Shown: positions 26,949 through 35,921 of the stretch, one piece after another | Layout: every line of letters starts with the position of its first letter | Position numbering within the stretch: the stretch's first letter is position 1 | Assembly (NCBI GenBank): GCA_902517505.1 | Contig: CABYCL010000001.1 | Span: 3,038 to 67,037, forward strand | DNA: 64,000 bases | Direction: 5' to 3' | Source of the DNA: an uncultured SAR86 cluster bacterium | GTDB lineage: Bacteria > Pseudomonadota > Gammaproteobacteria > Magnimaribacterales > D2472 | Made by a program: the position numbers and the translations under genes | The notes under the pieces: generated by a model | Told to the model about the DNA's origin: nothing | Seen by the model: the letters and a program-made list of their open reading frames with translations, nothing else | The model's database searches: none

Positions 26949-28030
26949 AGATAAAAACTGAACAAATACATTTTTCTGAAGGATTGTCTTTAGAATCTGG
27001 TGAAAAGTTAGATTCATTTGATTTAATAATTGAGTCCTATGGTGAACTTAATGAATCAAAATCAAATGCAATTCTCTTATGTCATGCGTTTTCAGGAAAT
27101 CATCATGCAGCTGGAGAAGATGAAGAATTAGGTATTGGATGGTGGGATCAAATAGTTGGTCCAAATAAAGCAATAGATACAGAAAAATATTATGTGGTTT
27201 GCTGCAATAATTTAGGTGGATGTGCTGGTTCCTCTGGCCCCACAACAATAAACGCAGCAACAAATAAAGTCTTTGGTAAAGATTTTCCTTTGGTTACTGT
27301 TGATGATTGGGTAAATTCTCAAAAAATGCTTATGGATAAATTAGATATACCTTACTGGCATTTAGTTGCTGGGGGCAGCTTGGGAGGAATGCAAGCCTTG
27401 CAATGGTCTATTGCTTATCCAGATAACATAAAAAAAGCTGGAATTTTTGCTGCAGCGGCAAAATCTAGCACACAAAATATTGCTATGAATGAAGTTGCTC
27501 GAGAATCAATAAGGAAAGATAAAAATTTTCATAATGGAGATTATTATGATCATAATGTTACACCAAAAAATGGGATAAAAACTGCTCGTATGCTTGGACA
27601 TATAACTTATTTATCAGAAGAACTAATGGATTCAAGGTTTGGAAGAAAATTTCAAGATGAAGCTTCAAAAGTTGATCAGGATGTTGATTTTGAAGTTGAG
27701 AATTACTTGCAATATAAAGGCGAGAAATTTTCAGAATTTTTTGATGCCAATTCCTATATCCTTATGACAAAAGCTATGGATGGATACGATGCTGGCAAAG
27801 ATAGAAATTTAGAAGAAGCGATGGAAAATATAAAAGCTGAATTGCTAATAGTTGGATTTTATTCTGATTGGCTTTATCCAGCAGAAAGAGGCAAAGAAAT
27901 ACAAATTGCAGGCATGAATAATAATATCAAATCATCCTTTGTTGTCTTTGATGGCGAGCATGGTCATGATAGTTTCTTGTTTCACTCCACAGAATATTCA
28001 AATGTAATTAAAAAATTTATTGAATCATAA
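26945..28030 (+). CDS. metX: Homoserine O-acyltransferase MetX
   Basis: CHAFSGNHH, NNLGGC, GGSLGGMQ, ARMLGHITY, FDANSY, SDWLY, HGHDSFL. Confidence 0.95.
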   Translation: MKIKTEQIHFSEGLSLESGEKLDSFDLIIESYGELNESKSNAILLCHAFSGNHHAAGEDEELGIGWWDQIVGPNKAIDTEKYYVVCCNNLGGCAGSSGPTTINAATNKVFGKDFPLVTVDDWVNSQKMLMDKLDIPYWHLVAGGSLGGMQALQWSIAYPDNIKKAGIFAAAAKSSTQNIAMNEVARESIRKDKNFHNGDYYDHNVTPKNGIKTARMLGHITYLSEELMDSRFGRKFQDEASKVDQDVDFEVENYLQYKGEKFSEFFDANSYILMTKAMDGYDAGKDRNLEEAMENIKAELLIVGFYSDWLYPAERGKEIQIAGMNNNIKSSFVVFDGEHGHDSFLFHSTEYSNVIKKFIES

Positions 28031-28620
28031 TGGCTACAAAACTTTCAAAAATTATTAATCATTGGGTACCTGAAAATAGCAAAGTTATTGACTTTGGTTG
28101 TGGGGATGGCTCTTTGCTAAAAGAATTAATCGAGACCAAAAATATTCTTGGGTATGGTATAGAAATAAATAATCTAAAGATCGAAAAATGCATTGAAAAA
28201 GGTGTGCCTGTTATAAAACAAGATATCGATGAAGGCATGAATGAATTTAAATCTTCAAATTTTGATTTATCTATTATGGCAAGGTCAATTCAATGTCTGA
28301 AAAATCCAAACTTAGCATTAAACAGAATGCTTGAACTTTCAAGAAGATGCGTTGTAACTCTTCCCAATCTTGGTTATTGGAGATGCAGAATTAATCTTGC
28401 ATCTGGAAAGATGCCTGTAACGCCTGAACTTCCATCAAGTTGGTATGAAACAGAGAATATTCATCTATGTACGATCAAAGATTTTGAAGATCTTTGTAAA
28501 AAAGAAAATATCGAAATTAAAGATAAAGTCTTCTTAAACAAAGATGGTAGTCGTGGAGGGCTTGCTTCAATTAAACCAAATTTATTGGCGGTTGAAGGAG
28601 TATATTTGCTTGAAAAGTAA
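28030..28620 (+). CDS. metW: Methionine biosynthesis protein MetW
   Basis: DFGCGDG, PNLGYW, G.MPV...LP..WYET.NIHLCTIKDFE. Confidence 0.95.
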   Translation: MATKLSKIINHWVPENSKVIDFGCGDGSLLKELIETKNILGYGIEINNLKIEKCIEKGVPVIKQDIDEGMNEFKSSNFDLSIMARSIQCLKNPNLALNRMLELSRRCVVTLPNLGYWRCRINLASGKMPVTPELPSSWYETENIHLCTIKDFEDLCKKENIEIKDKVFLNKDGSRGGLASIKPNLLAVEGVYLLEK

Positions 28621-29209
28621 TGATGAAATTCTTATTGCTACATCTAATAAGGGTAAAGTAAAAGAGTTTAAGAAATTATTTCAAAATCATAATATATTTT
28701 CATTAACTGATCTAAATATCACTGACGCTATAGAGGATGGCAGTTCTTTTCTTGAGAATGCGCTCATAAAAGCTAAGCATGGTGCTAAAGAATCAAAAAA
28801 ATATTCCATAGCAGATGATTCTGGACTTGTTGTTCCTGGTCTTGATTTTGAACCTGGTATCTTTTCAGCAAGATATGCCGGTGAGAATGCGACTGATAAA
28901 GAAAATAGAGATAAAGTAATAAAGAAACTAAATGAAAAAAATGTAAAAAACCTTGATGCTTACTATATTTGTGTTCTAGTTGGAGTGAGAGATGAGAATG
29001 ATTCTATTCCCATAATCGCTCAAGGTAAAATTCATGGGAAAATTTCTGTGGAAAGCTCGGGCGAAGGTGGGTTTGGATATGACAAGATCTTTTATCCGAA
29101 CGATTATTCATGTTCTATGGCATCAATAGAACAAGATGTAAAAAATAAAATAAGCCATAGAGCCATTGCTACTTCAAAGTTTATAGAGATATTTAATAAT
29201 CAACTATGA
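28610..29209 (+). CDS. rdgB: dITP/XTP pyrophosphatase
   Basis: ATSNKGK, ENA..KA, ADDSGL, PGIFSARYAG, GFGYD, KNKISHR. TTG start at 28610 after AAGGAG. Confidence 0.95.
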   Translation: MKSNDEILIATSNKGKVKEFKKLFQNHNIFSLTDLNITDAIEDGSSFLENALIKAKHGAKESKKYSIADDSGLVVPGLDFEPGIFSARYAGENATDKENRDKVIKKLNEKNVKNLDAYYICVLVGVRDENDSIPIIAQGKIHGKISVESSGEGGFGYDKIFYPNDYSCSMASIEQDVKNKISHRAIATSKFIEIFNNQL

Positions 29210-29851
29210 AGATCTCTCATAGTTAAATTTAAAAACTCTTCTTCCTTCAAACTCCCCTCTTTGTTCAAATTTTGTAAGGTTATTCTTTTCTAAATATATT
29301 TTTTCAGACTTGATAAATAAGCCCTCTGATTCTAATAAATTCTTAATACTTTCAGCATAATTTTCCCAATCGGTTGAAATGTATAAATTTCCACTCTCTT
29401 TAATGAAGCCATGAATCATATTTAAAAAATCTTTATTAATTAGTCTTCTTTTGTGATGTCTGTCTTTTGGCCAAGGATCTGGACAAATAATCTTTACTGA
29501 ATCAAATGTCTTTGTAGGATCTGCATCAAGAAGCAATCGAATATCATCTGAAAATATTCTTATATTTTTTATATCATTTTCCTTAATCTTTGAAACAAGC
29601 ATTCCTATGCCTGACTTATAAACCTCAGAACCTATAAATAAAATTTCAGGATTTTTTATGGCTTGTTGAACCAAGTGTCCAGCGTTTCCAAATCCTATTT
29701 CTAAGCAACATTCATTGAAATTTTTTAACTCGTATTGGACTTCATTGATTGTGTGTACTGAAAAGTCAGGTAAGTATTTTAAGCTTTGTTCTTGTTTCTT
29801 AGTGATTCTGCCTCTTCTTTTTACAAAAGATGGAAGAAATTTTAACCGCAT
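29204..29851 (-). CDS. trmB: tRNA (guanine-N7)-methyltransferase
   Basis: SFVKRRGR, LEIGFG, PDPWPK.RHHKRR, TDW..YA, TKFE. Confidence 0.96.
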   Translation of the reverse strand: MRLKFLPSFVKRRGRITKKQEQSLKYLPDFSVHTINEVQYELKNFNECCLEIGFGNAGHLVQQAIKNPEILFIGSEVYKSGIGMLVSKIKENDIKNIRIFSDDIRLLLDADPTKTFDSVKIICPDPWPKDRHHKRRLINKDFLNMIHGFIKESGNLYISTDWENYAESIKNLLESEGLFIKSEKIYLEKNNLTKFEQRGEFEGRRVFKFNYERSS

Positions 29852-29866
29852 TTTTTAACGATAGAT

Positions 29867-30727
29867 TTATGCAAAATCTACCATTAATGATTTTAATTTT
29901 TTAAGAGCACTATTTTCTATTTGTCTTATTCTCTCAGCAGAAACTTCATATTCGTCTGCTAGATCGTGAAGCGTTGCTTTCTTATCAGATAAATATCTTC
30001 TTTGCAGGATGTCTTTGCTTCTGTCATCAAGCATTTTTAATGCAGCAATAAGCTCCTGTTTATTTACTTGATCAGCTTGTTCGGAAGCAACAATAACTTC
30101 TGGGTCATATCTTTTATCTTCCAAGTACTGAGCTGGTGCCATAATTTCATCATCATCTCCAGTTGAAGTTGGAGCATCAAAAGAAGAATCATTTGAAGAC
30201 AGTCTGTTCTCCATATGAAGAACATCTTTAACTTCTACATTTAAATCTTTTGCAATTTTTTCAGCTTCTTCCTTTGTAAGCCAATCTAAAGATTTCTTTT
30301 TACTTCTCAAATTAAAAAAGAGTTTTCTTTGAGCTTTAGTGGTCGCTATCTTTACTTGTCTCCAATTTCTAAGAATATATTCATGAATCTCTGCTTTAAT
30401 CCAATGAACAGCAAATGAAACTAATTTTACGCCTCTATGAGGATCATATTTGTCTACAGCTTTCATGAGCCCAACATTTCCCTCTTGAACAATATCGCCT
30501 AGTGGTAATCCATAGCCTTGATAAGATCTTGCAATATGAACAACAAATCTCAGATGATGAATAACTAATTGTCTTGCAGCATCAAGGTCATCTTCTTCAT
30601 AAAGCTTTAATGCAAGCTCTTGCTCCTCTTCTTTTGTAAGAATAGGTATTGAATGAACAGATGAAAGATACGATTCTATATCCTTACCTGGACTATTAAG
30701 TTGTGAAGGTTGTAACTGTGTGCCCAT
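29867..30727 (-). CDS. rpoH: RNA polymerase sigma-32 factor
   Basis: HLRFVVHIAR, QEGNVGLMKAV, RpoH box QRKLFFNLR, VSAERIRQIE. Confidence 0.97.
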   Translation of the reverse strand: MGTQLQPSQLNSPGKDIESYLSSVHSIPILTKEEEQELALKLYEEDDLDAARQLVIHHLRFVVHIARSYQGYGLPLGDIVQEGNVGLMKAVDKYDPHRGVKLVSFAVHWIKAEIHEYILRNWRQVKIATTKAQRKLFFNLRSKKKSLDWLTKEEAEKIAKDLNVEVKDVLHMENRLSSNDSSFDAPTSTGDDDEIMAPAQYLEDKRYDPEVIVASEQADQVNKQELIAALKMLDDRSKDILQRRYLSDKKATLHDLADEYEVSAERIRQIENSALKKLKSLMVDFA

Positions 30728-30781
30728 AATATAAAATTTAATTATAATACATTATATCAATTTATTATGATTAATTAGAAA

Positions 30782-31594
30782 TTATACCAATTTTTTAAAA
30801 AAATCTCCTAAAAGTGGTAAAAAATCATCTTTTATTGAATTATTTCTAAATGCAATGAAGTATGGATTAAGTATGGATGTCTGTTTTGCATAATCTAATT
30901 CACTGTAATCCTCAATCTTAATAACACTTCCGCCATAACTTGATAGAACTGCTTGTGCTGCTGCTATATCCCATTCAGAAGTTGGGCCAAATCTTGGATA
31001 AATATCAGCCTCATTATCAGCCAGACTACATAATTTCAATGAACTACCCTTTTCAATAATCTCATAGTCAATATTATTACCACTTAGATATTCAAGAAAC
31101 GCTTTATCATTATCACTTTTATGACTTTTGCTCGTAACTATTCTGGGTTTTTCAACAGATTTAGAATCATATTCATTATTATCAAAAATAGAGCCATGCC
31201 AAATTTTTCCAGTCACTGGTTCACCGACAATTCCAAATACCGCTTTCTTGTCGTTAATCAATGCGATATTCACTGTAAATTCATCTGTTTTATTTATAAA
31301 TTCTTTTGTTCCATCTAAAGGATCAATTAGCCAGTATGTTTCGTCTAAACTTTTTATTTGATCTTCATTGAAGGTTTCCTCTGAGATAATTGAAATATCA
31401 TTTGATATTTTTTTTAATGAGTCCAAAATTATTTCATTAGATTTTTTATCCGCTTTTGTTAAGGGTGAACCATCTGATTTTTCTTCTTGACCAAAGCTAT
31501 CAGAATTATAAATCTGCATAATTTCGTTTGAAGCAGAATTGATACATTCTTCTAGAGTGTCTAAATGATTATCAAAAAAAGTTTTATTTATCAT
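30782..31594 (-). CDS. cysQ: 3'(2'),5'-bisphosphate nucleotidase CysQ
   Basis: KSDGSPLT.AD, ISEE, DPLDGTKEF, GSSLK, YPRFGPTSEWD.AA. Start at the ATG at 31594. Confidence 0.93.
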   Translation of the reverse strand: MINKTFFDNHLDTLEECINSASNEIMQIYNSDSFGQEEKSDGSPLTKADKKSNEIILDSLKKISNDISIISEETFNEDQIKSLDETYWLIDPLDGTKEFINKTDEFTVNIALINDKKAVFGIVGEPVTGKIWHGSIFDNNEYDSKSVEKPRIVTSKSHKSDNDKAFLEYLSGNNIDYEIIEKGSSLKLCSLADNEADIYPRFGPTSEWDIAAAQAVLSSYGGSVIKIEDYSELDYAKQTSILNPYFIAFRNNSIKDDFLPLLGDFFKKLV

Positions 31595-31598
31595 TTTT

Positions 31599-32726
31599 TC
31601 AAATATCACAAGTTTGGTTCTCAAGATTTATATAATCGATTGCTTCTAGCATTTTATAATGAATATCTGTGTTATCCATCAGCCCTTGAAATAATTCTGC
31701 TCCGGGCCCATAGGCTTGCACTCCTACAGGAATAGAAGTATGTCTACCTGTGCCCCATTGAATAATAACTTTATCACCGTCTTGCTTAAGAATTTGCAAG
31801 CCTCCAGTTTCGTGATCTGATGTTACTATCAATAATGTATTGCTATTTTTATTTACAAATTTAATCAAATCTTTAATTGTTAAATCAAAATCTCTAAACT
31901 CTTCTACCATTTTATTTGCGTCATTATCGTGTCCAGCCCAATCTATTTGACTTCCCTCAGTCATCAAAAAAAAGCCATTACACTGGTTGTTCAAATGCTG
32001 TAATGCAAAGCTTGTCATTTGTCTCTGAGTTGGTTTTTGATTTGATCGTTCAATACCATCATCATCAAAAAGGCCAATAAGCTTTTTAGAATAATCAAAA
32101 TTTAATTGCAAAGATTCTTTTGCTGTTAGCAAATGATGAGTATCATTAATTTTATTCAAATCAAATAATTCTTTACCTCCTCCCAGCGCAATATCGATTG
32201 GAGAATTAATAAGTTGATTGGCAATATTCTTATATTCATACCTGCTGTCAGTATGAGCATATAAAGCTGCCGGCGTTGCATGAGTTACTGAAGATGTGGC
32301 AACTATGCCTGAGGCATAACCCTTTTTATGAAGCATTTCTACAATGGTCTCTAATACTTCCTTATCTGGATCTAATGACAAATATCTATTTTTTGTTTTA
32401 TGTCCGGTTGACCAACTTGTTGCTGCAGCAGCTGAGTCTGTATATGCATTATTATGAGAATGGGTTAAAGAGGTGCCATGATATGGCATTTGATCAATGA
32501 AAAGTCTATGGTCTAAGCCACCAATAGCAATTCTAGATAAAGTTATTTGATTAGGTCCAACTCCATCTCCAATAGCAAGAATTATATTTTTAGCTTTTAA
32601 ATTATCAGAAAAATTCTTTATTTCAATAACTTCTGTTTCTTTTTTGCCAATTGAAATCGATTCAGTCTTCTTAGATGTATCACATGATGAGATTACTAAG
32701 ATTACTATAAGAAAAATATATTTCAT
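31599..32726 (-). CDS. phoA: Alkaline phosphatase (PhoA family, compact), lipoprotein
   Basis: IGDG, TDSAAAAT (catalytic Ser), THATPAA, EGSQIDWAGH, SDHETGG, HT; lipobox ISSC. Confidence 0.9.
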   Translation of the reverse strand: MKYIFLIVILVISSCDTSKKTESISIGKKETEVIEIKNFSDNLKAKNIILAIGDGVGPNQITLSRIAIGGLDHRLFIDQMPYHGTSLTHSHNNAYTDSAAAATSWSTGHKTKNRYLSLDPDKEVLETIVEMLHKKGYASGIVATSSVTHATPAALYAHTDSRYEYKNIANQLINSPIDIALGGGKELFDLNKINDTHHLLTAKESLQLNFDYSKKLIGLFDDDGIERSNQKPTQRQMTSFALQHLNNQCNGFFLMTEGSQIDWAGHDNDANKMVEEFRDFDLTIKDLIKFVNKNSNTLLIVTSDHETGGLQILKQDGDKVIIQWGTGRHTSIPVGVQAYGPGAELFQGLMDNTDIHYKMLEAIDYINLENQTCDI

Positions 32727-32732
32727 TAAATT

Positions 32733-33569
32733 TTAATCGAGTGCTTTTAATCTTTGATTTACTCTATCGCTCTGCTCAGGAAAACAACTCCAGCAATGCT
32801 CATATAAAGCTTCTTCCCACTCACCATACATAGGATTAATTAGCATATACCATTTTTCTCCCCACATGCTTGCATATATATCTATGAGTGCCTTTCTACT
32901 ATCTATACTTGTTGCAGTCTCCTCCATAGGTATAAAGTCATCTAGTTGGTCTCCAAAAATTTGAATAACTCGAAAATCTTTCTTTATTAAATCTCTGCGA
33001 CTTGTTTTATCAGAAGCCCAACCTTTTTCATTCTTCATAAGCAGTACATCTCTATCATTATCTAAAGGTAGTCCTAAAGCTTTAATATTATTCCTAGTAT
33101 ATTCTTCTAAATCATGAGTTCTGTTTGTAACATAGAAAATTTTGACGCCTTTAGAATCTGCATAACTAAGATATTCTTTTACGCCAGGAAGTGCGCCTGC
33201 AGATTCTTCATAAACCCATTCTTTCCAACCAACTGGATAATTTGTTCCATTTTTAATACTTCTTACTTGGTGCTCTGAATTATCAAGAACAGTTTCATCA
33301 ATATCTAAAATGACTGCAGGTGGTAAACTTTGATAACCATTCTTTTGATTTAATAGAGCAGTCCAAGATTTGTCTGCTAATGCCTTATCAATATTCCTTT
33401 GAGCAGATGCATAGGCTTGAAAAGTATTCGCCTTGTATTCAGCAGATGTTCTTTTAAATAAGACTGCAAGAAGTGATTGTTTTTGATAAGAGTTATCAAT
33501 TTCACTTGCAAAAGGTGCATGATTGAAAAAAATTATGCAGTATAAAAAAATGTGTCTTAGTGATTTCAT
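32733..33569 (-). CDS. Class C acid phosphatase / 5'-nucleotidase e(P4) family (HAD)
   Basis: DIDETVLDNS, YVTNR, K..RR, GDQLDDF, NPMYGEWE. Confidence 0.92.
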   Translation of the reverse strand: MKSLRHIFLYCIIFFNHAPFASEIDNSYQKQSLLAVLFKRTSAEYKANTFQAYASAQRNIDKALADKSWTALLNQKNGYQSLPPAVILDIDETVLDNSEHQVRSIKNGTNYPVGWKEWVYEESAGALPGVKEYLSYADSKGVKIFYVTNRTHDLEEYTRNNIKALGLPLDNDRDVLLMKNEKGWASDKTSRRDLIKKDFRVIQIFGDQLDDFIPMEETATSIDSRKALIDIYASMWGEKWYMLINPMYGEWEEALYEHCWSCFPEQSDRVNQRLKALD

Positions 33570-33577
33570 GGTTCAAG

Positions 33578-33591
33578 AGCATTATAATGCT
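33578..33591. promoter_or_regulatory. 14-bp perfect palindrome AGCATTATAATGCT containing back-to-back TATAAT -10 boxes
   Basis: Sits in the 51-bp gap between divergent genes. Confidence 0.55.
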
Positions 33592-33620
33592 TAATTAAAT
33601 TAAGTTACAAAAGCATATTT

Positions 33621-33779
33621 ATGGATAACAAAATTATAGAGAATTTAGAAAAATTAAAAAAAATGTTGGTTCTTCTGAGTGAAGATAGAAAAGTAGTATT
33701 ATCTCACCATAAAACGTTTGAACATGTTGAAAAAATGAGATCAATCGTCAATGAATCAATAGATATAGCGAGGGAATAA
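33621..33779 (+). CDS. Small hypothetical protein, 52 aa (not in ORF track)
   Basis: MDNKIIENLEKLKKMLVLLSEDRKVVLSHHKTFEHVEKMRSIVNESIDIARE*. Its TAA overlaps the next ATG (TAATG) and it fills an otherwise empty gap. Confidence 0.75.
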   Translation: MDNKIIENLEKLKKMLVLLSEDRKVVLSHHKTFEHVEKMRSIVNESIDIARE

Positions 33780-34645
33780 TGGCTGACAAAAAATATAAAT
33801 GTTTTGATATAAGTGTTTCAGATCATGTAGCAAATTTAGTTTTATCTCGACCAGATGAATTAAATACAATGTCTAGAGACTTTTGGGTTGAGCTCGGAGA
33901 TGTTTGTGAAGAAATAAATAGAAATTCAGAGATTAGAGTAGTTGTTATGTCTTCAACTGGTAAACATTTTTGTGCAGGAATGGATTTAAGCGCTTTCTCT
34001 AATGGTGTAGATAATATCCCAGATGATAAAAAGCCAGATAATTCAAGAATTGGTGAGGCTGTTTATAGAGTGGCAAAAGAACTTCAGGGATATATAAGTT
34101 CTTTAGAAAAAATTAGAGTGCCTGTCATTGCGGCAATTCAAGGTGGATGCGTTGGTGGAGCTGTGGATTTAGTTACTGCATGCGATATTAGAATGGCCTC
34201 TAATGATGCATTTTTCTGTATTCAAGAAATAAATATTGGTATGGCAGCTGATGTGGGAACTCTTCAAAGACTACCTAAACTTATTCCAGATTCTAAAATG
34301 CGTGAGATGGCATATACAGGCAGAAGGATGTATGCAGAAGAAGCTAAGGATGCTGGTTTAGTAAGTGATGTCTTTGAATCACAAGAAAAACTTCTTGAGG
34401 GAGCAAATAAAATAGCAAATGAAATTGCTTCAAAGTCTCCAGTTGCAATATATGGACTCAAAGCAGTTATGAACTATTCAAGAGATCATAATGTAAATGA
34501 TAGTTTGGAATATAACGCATTGTGGAGTGGAGCGATGCTAAGTCAAAAAGATATGACTGAAGCCATGACAGCTAATATGGAAAAAAGAGAAGCATCATTT
34601 GATAAATTAGTTGATGTAAAGAAATTTAACGAATCAGATTCTTAG
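33779..34645 (+). CDS. Crotonase family, delta3,5-delta2,4-dienoyl-CoA isomerase-like
   Basis: HFCAGMDL, GGCVGGAVDL, IQE..IGMAADVGTLQRL. Confidence 0.9.
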   Translation: MADKKYKCFDISVSDHVANLVLSRPDELNTMSRDFWVELGDVCEEINRNSEIRVVVMSSTGKHFCAGMDLSAFSNGVDNIPDDKKPDNSRIGEAVYRVAKELQGYISSLEKIRVPVIAAIQGGCVGGAVDLVTACDIRMASNDAFFCIQEINIGMAADVGTLQRLPKLIPDSKMREMAYTGRRMYAEEAKDAGLVSDVFESQEKLLEGANKIANEIASKSPVAIYGLKAVMNYSRDHNVNDSLEYNALWSGAMLSQKDMTEAMTANMEKREASFDKLVDVKKFNESDS

Positions 34646-35412
34646 GGTTTTCTTAAGAAGACAGGCACGGTCGCTGTGGATTCAGCTTTAGAATATTTAT
34701 AACCGTCTAAATTAAAACTAGATAGTGCTTCAAAATCAGTTACTTTGTTTTGAATAATCCATCTTGCCATTAAACCTCTTGCTTTTTTTGCATAGAAGCT
34801 AATGATTTTATATTTACCATTCTTATAATCTTTGAATGTTGGAGTAACTATATTTACTTCTTCAGGTAATTTTCCTAAAACTGTAAAGTATTCTTTAGAA
34901 GCTAAATTAATTAAAAGATCAGACTTTTGATTTGTTAATTCCTCTAATACATTTTTTTGTACTTTATTACCCCAAAATTCATACAGATTCTTTCCTTGTG
35001 AAGTTTCTAACTTAGTTCCCATTTCTAATCTATATGGCTTCATTACATCTAATGGTCTTAAAATTCCGTATAACCCAGATAAGATTCTTATATGTTTTTG
35101 AGCAAACTTCATTTCAGATTTACTTAAATCTTCTGCTTGAAGTCCTTGATAAACGTCACCTTTAAAAACTAACATTGATGGCTTTGAATCAGCAGAAACT
35201 TTTTTAGATGGTGACCATGATTGATATCTATCATAGTTAAGGGTTGCAAGTTTATCACTAAGCCCCATAAGTGATGCAATATCCTTGGGTTCTTTCTCTT
35301 TTAATTCACCAATTAGTTTTGATGACTGATTTAAAAATGCAGGCACAGAATATTCATTTGATGCATCAAATTCGTAATCAAGTGTTTTTGCTGGAGAAAG
35401 TACTATAATCAT
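34642..35412 (-). CDS. yaaA: Peroxide stress protein YaaA
   Basis: SPAKTLD, F.GDVY, LSGLYG.LRP, YRLEMG, NLASKEY, AKKARG.MA. Confidence 0.96.
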   Translation of the reverse strand: MIIVLSPAKTLDYEFDASNEYSVPAFLNQSSKLIGELKEKEPKDIASLMGLSDKLATLNYDRYQSWSPSKKVSADSKPSMLVFKGDVYQGLQAEDLSKSEMKFAQKHIRILSGLYGILRPLDVMKPYRLEMGTKLETSQGKNLYEFWGNKVQKNVLEELTNQKSDLLINLASKEYFTVLGKLPEEVNIVTPTFKDYKNGKYKIISFYAKKARGLMARWIIQNKVTDFEALSSFNLDGYKYSKAESTATVPVFLRKP

Positions 35413-35450
35413 TGCTGTATTCTAACGAATATCATGAGGCTTATTCAATA

Positions 35451-35921
35451 ATGTATATAGAAAAAATGATAAATTCTTTTGGAAAATTCATATCATTGAT
35501 GATTCCTATCATGACAATATTAATGATAGTGATAATAGTGGCTAGATATTTCTTTGGTATTGGTTTAACTGGCCTCCAAGAGTTGGTGCTTTATATGCAT
35601 GCTTTAATTTTTCTTGGTTGTGCCGGTTACGTTCATTACAGGGATGAGCACGTTAGGGTAGATATTTTTTATAGAGAATCCTCAGATTTATATAAAAGAA
35701 ATATTAATTATTTCTTAAGTCTAGTTTTTCTAATTCCAGTTTGTTTTGTTATCGGTTACTACTCGATAGAATTAATTGAGATGTCTTGGAAGATAAAAGA
35801 GGTTTCAACAGAGGCAGGTGGTTTAAATTATGTGTACCTTCAAAAAACACTAATTATTCTTTTTCCAATGACCCTACTTTTGACTTATTTGTATCAACTA
35901 ATGGGTGGCAAATGGAAATAA
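35451..35921 (+). CDS. TRAP transporter small permease (DctQ)
   Basis: RY.F, QEL..YMH, HVRVDIFY, S.E.GGL; four TM segments. Confidence 0.9.
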   Translation: MYIEKMINSFGKFISLMIPIMTILMIVIIVARYFFGIGLTGLQELVLYMHALIFLGCAGYVHYRDEHVRVDIFYRESSDLYKRNINYFLSLVFLIPVCFVIGYYSIELIEMSWKIKEVSTEAGGLNYVYLQKTLIILFPMTLLLTYLYQLMGGKWK

